Assembly (NCBI GenBank): GCA_963766735.1
Contig: CAVYBU010000021.1
Coordinates: 32,001-96,000 of the forward strand
Reading direction: 5' to 3'
DNA: 64,000 nt
Origin: an uncultured Chloroflexia bacterium
GTDB taxonomy: Bacteria > Chloroflexota > Limnocylindria > Limnocylindrales > CSP1-4
Shown here: piece after piece, positions 29,271 through 40,063 of the stretch
How the letters are laid out: the number at the start of each line of letters is the position of its first letter
How positions within the stretch are numbered: the stretch's first letter is position 1
Made by a program: the position numbers and the translations under genes
Notes under the pieces: generated by a model
What the model was told of the DNA's origin: nothing
What the model saw: the letters and a program-made list of their open reading frames with translations, nothing else
Databases searched by the model: none

Positions 29271-30216
29271 TCAGGCCGCGCTGGGTGCCGGGAGCGGCGC
29301 GCCCCGCCTGGCCCACCGGGGACGGCTCGTGCCGGAACATCCGCCACGCCGCCAGGAGCACGGCCCCGAAGCCGAACAGGGTGGCGATCGCGGACACGAA
29401 CGGGAGGATCCCGGCGACGGCGAGGACGATGACGCCCAGCACCGCGGCCAGGTAGGGACGGCCCGGCTCGGCGGCGCCGCGCATCCGGGTGACCATCCAG
29501 TCGCCGATCCAGATCGCGGCCACGATCCAGGCGAGGAATGCGACGGCCGGCAGCACGATGAAGAACATGCCCAGGCCGATCGGCGCGCCGACGACCGTGA
29601 TGATCGAGAGGACCGCCAGCAGCGGCAGGACGATCGACCCGAGGATGCCGGCGATGAGGACGGGGCCGGGCTCACGGCGGATGAGCGCCCCGGTCTCGCG
29701 GACCTGTCGCGCGCCCAGGGCGGCAACCAGCAGCGCCGCCGCGATCGTCGCAATCCCCATGCCGATGAACAGCAGGATGAAGAGGGGGATCAGCAGCGCG
29801 GCGAACGCCCCGGCAAACGCCACGAAGTCACCGTCCATGGCCCGCACGGACCCCGCGACCGTAGCGCCGGACTGCTGCGACACCGACCCGTCGAGGGTGC
29901 GGACGTCACCCAGCACGGTGGTCCCGGCCTGCAGATCGGCAGTGCCATTCACCACCACCAGGGTCCCGGTCGTGGCGCCGGCGAGCGTCGCGGTACCCCG
30001 GACCACGACGATCGTTTCGACGTCGCCGCTGATCCGGGCGTCCCCGCCGACGACGACGAGGGTGTCAAGGTGGTCGCCGGCCGGGATGTCGACGCTGCGG
30101 TTGACCGCAACGAGGACGCTGTCCGTGTTGCGGAGTGGTTCGGCGGCGAGGGCGACGGGAGCGCCGAGGCCGAGGAGGAACGCGGCCGTGGCCACGATGA
30201 GGATCAGGCGTTGCAT
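29271..30216 (-). CDS. Membrane protein with signal peptide and bactofilin-like beta-helix (one extra base near 29303)
   Basis: VVVGGDARISGDV-type repeats then 5-6 TM helices; removing one G gives the end PVGQAGAPLPAPSAA*. Confidence 0.78.
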
Positions 30217-30438
30217 CGGAGTCCCCTTTGTCCCTGTGTCGCGTATCGACTGGTTCGTCCGCGCCGTCGAGGGCCTTTGGTGGCCGATTGGGCGGAGCGC
30301 GGCGACATGCATGACGCTACCGGCCGGGCACCCCGCGTCCAAGCCGGGCACCCGGCGTCTTGGGGGTGGGGGAATCCCCAGTGCCTCCCCGGCGGTACCG
30401 GACACCCTCCCCGGTGATCACCCGTAGACTGCGCCGTC

Positions 30439-30719
30439 ATGGACGACCGCCAAGACGCCGCCGCAATCGACTCCCTGGGCCACGCCATCCGCACGGTCCT
30501 GCCCTCCCTGGAGCGATTCCTCGAATTCGAGGGGCAGGATCCCGCCAGGCAGCGGGCGCGCTGGCGCCCCGCCCTGGACCGCCCGCTGCCCACCACAGGC
30601 ATCGGACGCGACGCGACGCTGGCGGAGCTCGCGGACCTGGTGATCGCGCGCTGAGCGACGCCGACGCACTGGTCGACGAGGTGCTCACGATGGGCCGGGA
30701 GCTGACGGCAGGCGCCTGA
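30439..30719 (+). pseudogene. PLP-decarboxylase-like gene with almost all of its interior deleted
   Basis: N-terminus LDRPLPTTGIGRDATLAELADLVI abuts an out-of-frame C-terminus LSDADALVDEVLTMGRELTAGA*. Confidence 0.6.
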
Positions 30720-30882
30720 CCTCGCCGCCACCCGACTCCCGCCTTCCGGCATCCGGCCCGCCGCCCGTTCCCACGCACCGCGGTTCTGTATCGTTCATCC
30801 TGAACCGGCTGCGCCCAGGCAGCACCTGACTCCGTGATCACGGCCCGGCAGCTCGCGCACCCCGGGCCGGAAGGAGACCTTC

Positions 30883-32286
30883 ATGCCGCAGGCACAACGA
30901 GTCGTCGACATCCTCGCGGGCTCACCCGCCGTCGGTGAGCGCGCGACCGTCCAGGGCTGGATCCGGACGCGGCGCGATTCGAAGGCCGGCCTCTCGTTCC
31001 TCGCGGTCCACGACGGGTCCTGCTTCGACGCCCTCCAGGTCGTGGCGCCGGCGACGATCGGCAACTACAACGACGAGATCCTGCACCTGACAGCCGGCTG
31101 TGCCGTCACCGTCACGGGCACGGTCGCCGCCTCCCAGGGCAAGGGCCAGTCCGTCGAGATCCTGGCCGACTCGGTCACCGTTGTCGGGTGGGTGGACGAC
31201 CCGGAGACCTACCCGATCTCGCCCAAGCATCACAGCTTCGAGTACCTCCGTGAGGTCGGTCACCTGCGGGCACGGACCAACACGTTCGGCGCGGTCGCCC
31301 GGGTCCGGCATGCGCTGGCCATGGCGATCCACCGCTACTTCGACGAGCACGGCTTCTACTGGATCCACACCCCGATCATCACGGCCAGCGATGCCGAGGG
31401 CGCCGGCGAGCTGTTCCGCGTCTCGACGCTGGACCTTGCCAATCTCCCGCGCACTCCCGAGGGCGGGATCGACTACTCGCAGGACTTCTTCGGCAAGCCC
31501 GCCTTCCTCACCGTCTCGGGCCAGCTCAACATCGAGTCGTACTGCCTGGCGCTCACGAACGTCTACACCTTCGGACCCACCTTCCGGGCCGAGAACTCGA
31601 ACACCAGCCGCCATCTCTCCGAGTTCTGGATGGTGGAACCGGAGATCGCGTTCGCGGACATCTCGGACAACGCCGACCTGGCCGAGAACCTGCTCCGGTA
31701 CAGCTTCCGCGCGATCCTGGACGAGTGCGCCGACGACATGGCGTTCTTCGCGGACCGGATCGACAAGGAGGCGGTCACCCGGCTGGAGGGCCTGGTCAAC
31801 TCGGACTTCGTGCGCATGGAGTACACGGAGGCGATCAGCGTCCTGGAGCGTGCCGGCCGCTCGTGGGAGTTCCCGGTGGAGTGGGGCGTCGCCCTGCAGG
31901 CCGAGCACGAGCGCTACCTGTGCGAGGAGTACGCGAAGCGGCCGGTGGTGGTCATCAACTACCCCAAGGAGATCAAGGCGTTCTACATGCGCCTCAACGA
32001 TGACGAGCGCACCGTCGCGGCGATGGACGTGCTGGCCCCCGGGATCGGCGAGATCGTCGGCGGCAGCCAGCGCGAGGAGCGGCTCGACGTGCTCGATGCC
32101 CGGATCATCGAGACGGGCCTCGATCCCGCGTCGTACTGGTGGTACCGCGACCTGCGCCGGTACGGCACCGTGCCCCACGCCGGCTTTGGGCTGGGGTTCG
32201 ACCGCTCCGTCGCCTACGCCACGGGGATGGCCAACATCAGGGACGTCATCCCGTTCCCGCGCACGCCGGGCAGCGCGGACTTCTAG
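30883..32286 (+). CDS. asnS: Asparagine--tRNA ligase
   Basis: [52 protein letters not shown]. Confidence 0.98.
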   Translation: MPQAQRVVDILAGSPAVGERATVQGWIRTRRDSKAGLSFLAVHDGSCFDALQVVAPATIGNYNDEILHLTAGCAVTVTGTVAASQGKGQSVEILADSVTVVGWVDDPETYPISPKHHSFEYLREVGHLRARTNTFGAVARVRHALAMAIHRYFDEHGFYWIHTPIITASDAEGAGELFRVSTLDLANLPRTPEGGIDYSQDFFGKPAFLTVSGQLNIESYCLALTNVYTFGPTFRAENSNTSRHLSEFWMVEPEIAFADISDNADLAENLLRYSFRAILDECADDMAFFADRIDKEAVTRLEGLVNSDFVRMEYTEAISVLERAGRSWEFPVEWGVALQAEHERYLCEEYAKRPVVVINYPKEIKAFYMRLNDDERTVAAMDVLAPGIGEIVGGSQREERLDVLDARIIETGLDPASYWWYRDLRRYGTVPHAGFGLGFDRSVAYATGMANIRDVIPFPRTPGSADF

Positions 32287-32327
32287 GCGATCCGCGGGGC
32301 CGGCGCGAGCAGCGAGGACGCGGAGCG

Positions 32328-33278
32328 ATGGCCGAGACGTTCCGGCACTTCACCGTCGACCAGCTGGGGGATGGGGTCTGGGCGGTCCTGCACCGGACGG
32401 CCCCTCCGGCCCCCGACGCCTGGGCCGTCTCGAACGCCGGGATCGTCGACCTCGGCGATCGGACGCTGGTGTTCGACACGCTGATGTCGCCCGACGCCGC
32501 CCGGGAGCTTCGCATGGCCGCAGAGGAGCTCACGGGTCGGCTGCCGGATGTCGTGGTCTACAGCCACGCTCACAACGACCACACCTGGGGTGGGAGCGTC
32601 TTCCCGGAGGCGACGATCGTGTCCAGCGGCCAGGCAAGGGCGGCCATGGTCGCCGATGGGCATCTCGAGGTCGCCGACTTCCGCGAGGTCGTCACGGACC
32701 GGCTGGCGTTCTGGGCGGACGCGGCATCGAGCGACGATCCCGTCGTGCGCCATGACGCTCCGTTCTTCCTGCCGTACTGGAATGGAGTTGCCGCCGCCCT
32801 GCCGACGCTCGACCTGCGCTACCCGGACGTGACGTTCGATGACCGCCTGGAGCTGCACGGACGCGACCGGCGGGTCGAGCTGGTGGCGACCGATCGGGCG
32901 CATGCGGCGGGCGACACGTTCCTCCTTGTACCCGACGCCCGCGTCGCGTTCTGCGGCGACCTGCTGTTCGTCGGTTGCCACCCGTTCCTCGGCGACGGCG
33001 ACATCTTCGGTCTCCGGGCCTCGCTCCGGGCCCTGGAGGTGAGCGGCGCGGACCGCTTCGTGCCGGGTCACGGGCCGGTGGGCGGGGCCGCCGAGCTCGG
33101 TGCGCTCGCGCGATACATCGACGATGTCGAGCAGCTCGGCACCGCGGGCCGGGAGAACACCCCGATACCCGATCCGTACCGGTCGTGGGGGTTCGCCCGG
33201 TTCTTCGCCCCGAACGTCGCCTTCCGTGCCGGCGGTGGCCGCCAGGCGGAGGCGGCGCCCGGAGATCAGGCGGGCTGA
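32328..33278 (+). CDS. MBL-fold metallo-hydrolase (cyclase-like)
   Basis: SHAHNDH, AHAAGD, GDLL, VPGHG. Confidence 0.9.
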   Translation: MAETFRHFTVDQLGDGVWAVLHRTAPPAPDAWAVSNAGIVDLGDRTLVFDTLMSPDAARELRMAAEELTGRLPDVVVYSHAHNDHTWGGSVFPEATIVSSGQARAAMVADGHLEVADFREVVTDRLAFWADAASSDDPVVRHDAPFFLPYWNGVAAALPTLDLRYPDVTFDDRLELHGRDRRVELVATDRAHAAGDTFLLVPDARVAFCGDLLFVGCHPFLGDGDIFGLRASLRALEVSGADRFVPGHGPVGGAAELGALARYIDDVEQLGTAGRENTPIPDPYRSWGFARFFAPNVAFRAGGGRQAEAAPGDQAG

Positions 33279-33319
33279 CGTCCGGGGGCGCCGCGGACTG
33301 ATGTCAGGGGCGCCGCGGC
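33275..33319. repeat. Imperfect 22-23-bp tandem duplication starting at the stop codon
   Basis: ctgacgtccgggggcgccgcgga / ctgatgtcaggggcgccgcggc. Confidence 0.75.
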
Positions 33320-33359
33320 CCGGCACATGACGCTGGGTGCCAGGTGGCAGAGCTCGACG

Positions 33360-34478
33360 CTACGGAATGAGGCGGTAGAAGCGCCAGAAGTCGGTCTCGA
33401 TCGGCAGGATGTCCACCCGGCTGTAGCCGGCCTCCGCCGCGAACCGCCGAAGCACGTCCGGGCGCATCACCGTTCCGGTGCCGGCCGACGGTTCGTCGGC
33501 AAGCACGTTCGGCAGGCAGAGCAGGAAGCTGAAGCCGTACATGAAGCGCTCGACCGCGTCGCCCGGCGCGGTGAAGTGCTCGGCGACCCGCTCGTCGGCG
33601 ACGAGCAGGCTGCCGCCTGGCGCCAGGAGCCCCCGAACCGCGCGGAGGACGGCGACCGGCTGGGAGAAGTCGTGCACCGCCTCGAAGATGGTCGCCAGAT
33701 CGTACTGGCCGGCAAGGCCCGGATCGGCGGCATCGCGGATGGAGAAGGTAACCCGGTCTGCGACCTCGGTCTCCGCCAGGTTCGCACGCGCCAGATCGAT
33801 CGAGCCCGGGTCAAGGTCCAGGCCGTCAACGTGGATCCGGGGATAGGCGCGGGCCATCGCGATGGCCGACCAGCCACCCCCAACGGCGATATCCGCAACG
33901 CGCGCGGGCGGATCGGAGCGGAGCCGGGCGTCGATATCCGGGATCCTGGCCAGCCATTCCGGCCCGAGAAGGTTGGCGAACATGGGCCGGTTCATCGACG
34001 CCTGTCCCTCGCGGACGTCGGCGCCGTACGCCTCCCACGACAGGCCGTCGCCGGTCCGGAAGGCGTCGAGCAGGCGCGGGGCCTGGGCGGCCATGCCCAT
34101 CATCAACTTGGCAACGGGGGCCATGAACGCAAGGCTCTCCGGGTGGAGCAGGACCTCGCGATGACCGTTCGGCAGCGAATACCGCCGCTCGTCCTCGCCG
34201 GCTCCCTGGTCGTCCACGGTGAGGATGCCCGTCACCGCCTGCTGTTCGAGCCACTCCCGGATGTACCGCGGCGCCGTGCCGGTCGCGACGGCCAGCTCGG
34301 GGGCGGTGTGCGACCCGCCGGCGAGCGCCGCGTAGAGGCCGAGTCGCTCGCCCACGTGCAGCGCCGCGATATCGAACGTGCCGAGGGCCGCCTCGAACAG
34401 CCGCCCGACCAGCGCGTCGCGGACCTCCTCGTCATTCGGGGTGGGCATCTCGGTCATGCCGGCCGCCGGAGTGTCCAT
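33360..34478 (-). CDS. Class I SAM-dependent methyltransferase with N-terminal wHTH (Rv2258c-like)
   Basis: GERLGLY, RYIREWL, VADIAVGGGWS, FEAVHD. Confidence 0.9.
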   Translation of the reverse strand: MDTPAAGMTEMPTPNDEEVRDALVGRLFEAALGTFDIAALHVGERLGLYAALAGGSHTAPELAVATGTAPRYIREWLEQQAVTGILTVDDQGAGEDERRYSLPNGHREVLLHPESLAFMAPVAKLMMGMAAQAPRLLDAFRTGDGLSWEAYGADVREGQASMNRPMFANLLGPEWLARIPDIDARLRSDPPARVADIAVGGGWSAIAMARAYPRIHVDGLDLDPGSIDLARANLAETEVADRVTFSIRDAADPGLAGQYDLATIFEAVHDFSQPVAVLRAVRGLLAPGGSLLVADERVAEHFTAPGDAVERFMYGFSFLLCLPNVLADEPSAGTGTVMRPDVLRRFAAEAGYSRVDILPIETDFWRFYRLIP

Positions 34479-34668
34479 CGCCGTACCTCCCGCGCGCAGA
34501 TGACCGCACGCAAGCAGGCTGCGAGCGGGGGACGCGCGCTCCATTGGGACCCTTCAGCGGATCCGCTGCGCGGCACTCTACCTCGTTGCGCGCGCCGGGC
34601 ACCGCGCCCCGCGCGCGATGGGCCGTTCGCCTCTGCTGCCCGATCGAGGGGCCGGGGACACTCAGCCC

Positions 34669-36096
34669 GTGAAGCGGATGGGGGTTCTGGCGGTAGTCGG
34701 GTCGCTGGCGGCAGTTGGGGCCCTGGTCGGGCCTCGCCTGTGGCGACGAATGCTGGACTGGGGTGCAACAGCCGAGGAGACCCGCCGTCCGCTCCAGGGC
34801 GACGAGCTTCTCCCGGACGCGGACCTGGTCGCCACCCGGGCCATCTCGATTGACGCGTCGCCCGCCGACGTGTGGCCCTGGCTGGTGCAGATCGGCGTGG
34901 GCAGGGCCGGGGCCTACGCCTACGACTGGCTGGACCGGTTGTTCGGGCTCGACATGCGAAGCAGCCGGAGGATCGTGCCGGAGCTCCAGGGCCTGGCCGT
35001 CGGCGACATGGTCCCCGTGTCCAACGACGGGACCGGGCTGCGCGTGCGGGCCATCGAGCAGGAGAGCGTGCTGGCGACCAGCACCGACGACGGGACGTGG
35101 GCGTGGACCTGGATCCTGGAGCCTGCCGGCGACGCCACGCGGCTCATCAGCCGCACCCGGATGGCGACCGCCCACCAGCCGCTGCTCGTCCGCACGGCGA
35201 CCTGGCTGCTGCTGGTGCCCGCCTCGTGGGTCATGGAACGCCGGATGCTGTTCGGTCTCCGCGACCGGGCCGAGGGGAGGATCGACGCGGCGACAGACGA
35301 ACATCAGACGGCCGCCCGGACCACCGATGGGGAGATCGCGCCGGGGGTGCACCTCCTCGGGCCGTGGGGTCGCACGCAGACCAACGCCTACCTGGTCCGC
35401 GACGGGTCGTCGTGGATCCTGGTCGACGCCGGCTGGCAGAACGACGCCGCCCGGATCCAGGCGGCCGCGCGCTCGCTGCTCGGGCCCGACGAGGCGCCCT
35501 CGGCCATCCTCCTGACCCACGCACATCCGGATCACGAAGGATCGGCTCGCGAACTGGCCCGCGCCTGGGGATGCCCCGTCTTCGCGCACCCCACCGAGAT
35601 CCCGCTCGCCACCGGCGATTTCGCGGCCATGAGGCGCTTTGCCGGGCCGCTGGACCGCTGGCTGATCCTGCCCATCATGCGAGCCATCGGTGGGCGCCGG
35701 CGCGAGGCGGCTCTCGCCCGCTCCAGCCTGGCCGGGTTCGTGCAGGCTCTTCCCCCCGGGGGCGTGATCCCGGGCATCGAAGGCTGGCACTGGATCCCCA
35801 CGCCCGGCCACACCCCGGGGCACGTCGCGTACGTCAGGGCGAGCGACCGGGTGGTCATCAGCGGCGACGCGATCCTGACCCTCAGGGTCAACGCCTTGTC
35901 GGGCATCCTGCGGGGGAGTCAGGGCCTATCGGGCCCGCCCTGGTACACGACCTGGGATCGGCACGCCGCGATCGACTCGATCGCCGCCATCGCCGACCTC
36001 GAACCGTCCGTCCTTGCCGCCGGACATGGCCTGCCGCTGGCGGGCCCTGGGACGGCCGCCGCGGTCGCCGCGTTTGCCGCGCGGGTCAGATCGTGA
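34669..36096 (+). CDS. SRPBCC-domain and MBL-hydrolase fusion protein
   Basis: WGATAEE...VWPWLVQIGVGRAGAY...MERRML then THAHPDHEG, TPGHTPGH, GDA, AGHG. Confidence 0.85.
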   Translation: MKRMGVLAVVGSLAAVGALVGPRLWRRMLDWGATAEETRRPLQGDELLPDADLVATRAISIDASPADVWPWLVQIGVGRAGAYAYDWLDRLFGLDMRSSRRIVPELQGLAVGDMVPVSNDGTGLRVRAIEQESVLATSTDDGTWAWTWILEPAGDATRLISRTRMATAHQPLLVRTATWLLLVPASWVMERRMLFGLRDRAEGRIDAATDEHQTAARTTDGEIAPGVHLLGPWGRTQTNAYLVRDGSSWILVDAGWQNDAARIQAAARSLLGPDEAPSAILLTHAHPDHEGSARELARAWGCPVFAHPTEIPLATGDFAAMRRFAGPLDRWLILPIMRAIGGRRREAALARSSLAGFVQALPPGGVIPGIEGWHWIPTPGHTPGHVAYVRASDRVVISGDAILTLRVNALSGILRGSQGLSGPPWYTTWDRHAAIDSIAAIADLEPSVLAAGHGLPLAGPGTAAAVAAFAARVRS

Positions 36097-37064
36097 TGAC
36101 GAGCTTCCCCTGTGCCTTGCCCGTCCGCCAGGTACCGGATCGCGTCCGGGGTCTCGCTCAGCGGGTAGCGTCGGTCGATGACCGGTACCACGGTGCCGGC
36201 CTCCAGCATCTCCCCGAGGATCCCCATCTCCTCCGGGTCGTTGGGCTTCCAGGCAATCATCAGCCCCATCTTGCGGCTCCCGGAGCGGGAGATCAGCCAC
36301 CCGACCACCAGCGTCTGCAGGATCCGCGCGGTCGATGGACTCCCGAATGACTGGTAGACGCCGTTCGGCGTCAGCGCTCGCCGGACGGCCACCACCGAGC
36401 GGTTCCCGGCGGTATCGAGGATCCGGTCGTACCGCTGCCCGCGCCGGGTGTAGTCCTCGCGCGTGTAGTCGATGACGTGGTCGGCGCCGAGCGAGCGGAC
36501 GAAGTCCAGCTTGGAGGTACGGCTGACGCCGGTCACCTCGGCCCCGGCCGCCTTGGCCATCTGCACCGCGAACGGCCCCACGCACCCCGACGCGCCGTTG
36601 ATGAGCACCCTGTCGCCGGGCCGCACGCCGTTCCGGCCGCCCAGACCCTCCAGGGCCAGGATCGCGGATTGCGGCACGGTGGACGCCTGCTCGAACGAGA
36701 TGCCGGCCGGGATCGGGTGCCACGCCTGCTCGGGCGCACAGGCGAGCTCCGCGAACGCGCCGTGACCATGCCCGGTGAGATCGGCATAGACGCGATCGCC
36801 GGGCTTGAGCCGGGTCACGCCCGACCCCACCGCCTCGACCTCGCCGGCCGCGTCCAGCCCCATGCGCAGGATCTTCGGCGTCCGCAGCCCCATGACCGCA
36901 CGCGTGATGGCCGGCTTGCCGGTGAGGTAGTCCACGTCGGCCCGGTTGACGGATGCCGCACGGATCCGGACCAGCACCTCGCCATCGGCGGGCACGGGTG
37001 TGGGCACCTCCTCCAGGCGGAGGATGTCGGGACTCCCGTACGCGGAACGGACGATGGCGAGCAT
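36086..37064 (-). CDS. MDR-family NAD(P)-dependent oxidoreductase (one extra base near 36121)
   Basis: VLINGASGCVG, VIDYT; corrected end DGKAQGKLVITI*. Confidence 0.9.
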
Positions 37065-37187
37065 CCGCGAACCATACCCCGTCAGCACGCCGCGGACTCC
37101 TGGGTGGGCGAGCGGGGTTGCTCACCCCCTCTGGTCATGCCAGCGACCGGGGGTTAGACTCGGCCACTCGCCGCGCCGGGAGGTCAG

Positions 37188-38099
37188 ATGCGCAGTCTCG
37201 AGATCGGTCTCGTGCTCCCGATGGGAGAGTCGTTCGTCGATGGTTCGACCGCTCGCTGGGCCGAGATCCGGGAGCTTGCCGTGCGCGCGGAGGTGCTCGG
37301 CTTCGACACCGTCTGGATCGCGGACGAGCTGCTCTGGCGCCCGCCCGAGGGTGAGACCCACGGCTGGTGGGAGTGCGTCTCGATGACCGGCGCCGTTGCT
37401 GCGGCGACCTCCAGGATCAAGGTGGGCACGTGGGTCCTCTCCGCCCTGCACCGGAACCCGGGGATCACGGCCAAGGCGGCCGAGACGATCGACGAGATCA
37501 GCGGCGGCCGCTTCGTCCTGGGGCTCGGCTCCGGTCATGCAGGCGGCCAGGCCCACGCCTTCGGATTACCCGAGGATCGCGTCTTCGGGCGCTTTGCGGA
37601 GGCGGTCGAGGTCATCGTCCCGCTCCTGCGGCAGGGTCACGCGGACTTCGAGGGAAGCTTCCACGCGGCGCGAGACCTCGAACATCGGCCGGTCGGACCC
37701 CGGCCGGGCCGCATCCCGATCATGATGGGCGCCAAGGGTCCGAAGATGCTCCAGCTGGCGGTGCGGCACGCCGACACCTGGAGCTGGTACGTGGAGGAGC
37801 GGAGCGACCTCACGGAGTTCGGCCCTCGTCTCGAGACGCTCCTGGCGGCATGCGACGAGGCCGACCGGGATCCCGCCACGATCGGCAGGTCGGCGGGCAT
37901 CGTCGTCGAGCCCACCTCGGTCACGGGGGCCGCCGATGTGGTGGGGGTGCCCATCGGCGGCACGTCCAGGCAGATCGCGGACGCCTTCCGCGCGTTCGGT
38001 GCCGCGGGCTTCACCCAGCTTGAGGTCATCCTCTGGCCTCCGACGCTCGCTTCACTCGAGGCAATGGCGCCGGTGATCGACCTCCTGGACGGCGACTGA
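37188..38099 (+). CDS. LLM-class flavin/F420-dependent oxidoreductase
   Basis: GFDTVWIAD, DEISGGRFVLGLGSG, PIMMGAKGPKML. Confidence 0.9.
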   Translation: MRSLEIGLVLPMGESFVDGSTARWAEIRELAVRAEVLGFDTVWIADELLWRPPEGETHGWWECVSMTGAVAAATSRIKVGTWVLSALHRNPGITAKAAETIDEISGGRFVLGLGSGHAGGQAHAFGLPEDRVFGRFAEAVEVIVPLLRQGHADFEGSFHAARDLEHRPVGPRPGRIPIMMGAKGPKMLQLAVRHADTWSWYVEERSDLTEFGPRLETLLAACDEADRDPATIGRSAGIVVEPTSVTGAADVVGVPIGGTSRQIADAFRAFGAAGFTQLEVILWPPTLASLEAMAPVIDLLDGD

Positions 38100-38181
38100 T
38101 CGTGATCCGGGCCGATACCGGACGGCCTCGAGAGGTGCAGAGCGTCCCAGGAGACCCACCCATCCCCGCGAAGGAGACGCC

Positions 38182-38472
38182 GTGAAGAGGTTCCTGATGC
38201 TCCACTACGGCTACGAGGAGCCGACCCCCGAGGTCATGGCCGCCTGGCAGGCCTGGTTTGCCAAGGTGGGTGACCGGTTCGTGGATATCGGCAGCCCGCT
38301 GGGCAACTGCCTCGAGGTCACCAGGACCGGCACGCGCGAGCTGTCACCCGACACCGGGGCGGCGACGGGCTACTCGATCCTCTCCGCCGAGAGCCGGGAG
38401 GAGGCCGAGCGCCTGCTCGAGGGCTGCCCCATCATCGCGAGCGTCCGGCTCTACGAAGCGATGGCGATGTAG
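38182..38472 (+). CDS. YciI-like protein
   Basis: MKRFLMLH...WQAWF...TGYSILSAESREEA...GCP. Confidence 0.8.
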   Translation: MKRFLMLHYGYEEPTPEVMAAWQAWFAKVGDRFVDIGSPLGNCLEVTRTGTRELSPDTGAATGYSILSAESREEAERLLEGCPIIASVRLYEAMAM

Positions 38473-39900
38473 CTACCAGGTCTGCCTCGGTCCGCGCCAC
38501 GCCCGGTCGTCGCGGATGCCGAACAGCAGGCGGCTCCGCGCATCCATGCTGTCCGCCATCGTCTCGCCGAGATCGAGCGATCGGATGGCCTCCGTGGAGC
38601 AGTGGCGGGTGATCAGGTCATGCGCCAGGTCGGGCTTCCCGGCCGCCATGAGCATCTCCGCCGCATCCACGACGCTGGCGATGCTCGCTGCCTGTTCGCG
38701 CTCGAACGCCTCCCAGACCGGCGTGACCTCGGGCAGGAACATCTCGTGGTGCTCCGCCAGCAGGTACAGCAGCCGCTTGAAGACCGCGACCGCCGACCGC
38801 GTCGCCTCGATGCGCTGGGGCACGGCCGACGGGATGTCATCGGGGTCCGAGTCGTCGATGAACGCGGCCGCCTCGCCGTCGAGCAGGTACCGGTGCGCCC
38901 GGAACTCGGGTGGGATCGCGCGCACGCCGAGAAGGAACGGCGTGAACGGCGCCGCGATCGGGCCGACCGGCGCGTGCCACATCAGGCGCAGCTCAGGGGC
39001 GTGGGCCGGGCGGAGCGGTACGACCTGGCCGTATCCGGCGGTATCGCCGGTCATGCGTTCCGTGCGCACCGCCCACATGACGTCGGCGAGCGTGAGGCCG
39101 CCGTGCTCGGACGCGCGCCCGGTGAGCTCGTCCTCCATCCAGGCCACCCCCGGCCACCGGCCCTTGCCGTCACCGTAGACCGCGTTCACGTCGAAGGGCT
39201 CGCCGCGATCCGGGTCGTACCAGCCGCGTTCGATGGCGAACGAGATCAGGTGCGCGGACCCCATGAAGTCGGGTCGGTCAGCGAAGTCGGGGGGAACCTC
39301 TCGGATGTAGCCCGGCCGGCTCACGCGCACGCCGTCGGACCGCAGGCGTTCGGCCACCCACAGCCCCTGGCTTCCCGCGAGCTCGATCACCACCCAGGCT
39401 TCGACGTCGTCGGCGATCAGGTGCGAGTTGCCGCCGTAGGTCGTCTCCCCGTGCGCCGCGATCATGCTGCCGATGAGCTCGACGCCCTCGCGCGCCGACC
39501 TCGCCCGGTCCAGCACGATGCGCGCGAGGTCGCTGTACGTGGGACCCGCCTGGTCGGCGCGTGTCATTGCCTGCAGACGCGGGCTGCTCGGTGACCACAC
39601 GTCGCGCACGGCCACGCCGTGCTCGTTCAGCCCGCCGTTGGTCAGCGGGCCGGGCAGCCCCCGGTAGTGGGAGTAGCTGACGCGCAGGTGTCGGGCCGTC
39701 TCGGAGGCCTGCGGGATCACGCTGCGGATCCCCGGCATCGCGGCTGCGGCGGTCGCACCGATCTCCATCGTCGCGCCGGGCGCGTGTTGCTGGCGAGGGA
39801 CGATCTCGAGCCAGTGTCCGGACGGCTCGTCCCCGTAGCCCGCGAGGTAGCCGTGACCGTCGGCGGTCAGATCCTTCCCGATGTAGATCGCGTAGCTCAC
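38473..39900 (-). CDS. Peptidase C69-like Ntn hydrolase
   Basis: GGAGGAG RBS, N-terminus SYAIYIGK, GGLNEHGVAV, SAREGV, YGGNSHLIAD. Confidence 0.8.
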   Translation of the reverse strand: MSYAIYIGKDLTADGHGYLAGYGDEPSGHWLEIVPRQQHAPGATMEIGATAAAAMPGIRSVIPQASETARHLRVSYSHYRGLPGPLTNGGLNEHGVAVRDVWSPSSPRLQAMTRADQAGPTYSDLARIVLDRARSAREGVELIGSMIAAHGETTYGGNSHLIADDVEAWVVIELAGSQGLWVAERLRSDGVRVSRPGYIREVPPDFADRPDFMGSAHLISFAIERGWYDPDRGEPFDVNAVYGDGKGRWPGVAWMEDELTGRASEHGGLTLADVMWAVRTERMTGDTAGYGQVVPLRPAHAPELRLMWHAPVGPIAAPFTPFLLGVRAIPPEFRAHRYLLDGEAAAFIDDSDPDDIPSAVPQRIEATRSAVAVFKRLLYLLAEHHEMFLPEVTPVWEAFEREQAASIASVVDAAEMLMAAGKPDLAHDLITRHCSTEAIRSLDLGETMADSMDARSRLLFGIRDDRAWRGPRQTW

Positions 39901-40063
39901 GACCGCTCCTCCGCCCGGTACCCCGGTGTTCCTGGAGGCAGGATACGGCGACGGCACCGGCCCCATCGGCGACCGCCGTCGCTGGGTGATCGGGGGTTCC
40001 CGGTGGTAGGGTCGGGGAGGATGGCCGGCCGACGATGGCCCGGGCGCGGCAGGGCTGAGGGTG

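Noticed and set aside
28648-30405. 585-aa ORF overlapping the flavodoxin gene as a true overlap or fusion
   Set aside because: The read-through results from the extra base near 29303; the corrected gene ends at 29271, followed by a hairpin.
30720-30882. T-box leader upstream of asnS
   Set aside because: No GGTGGnACC T-box motif or terminator, and the leader is too short; only small GC hairpins.
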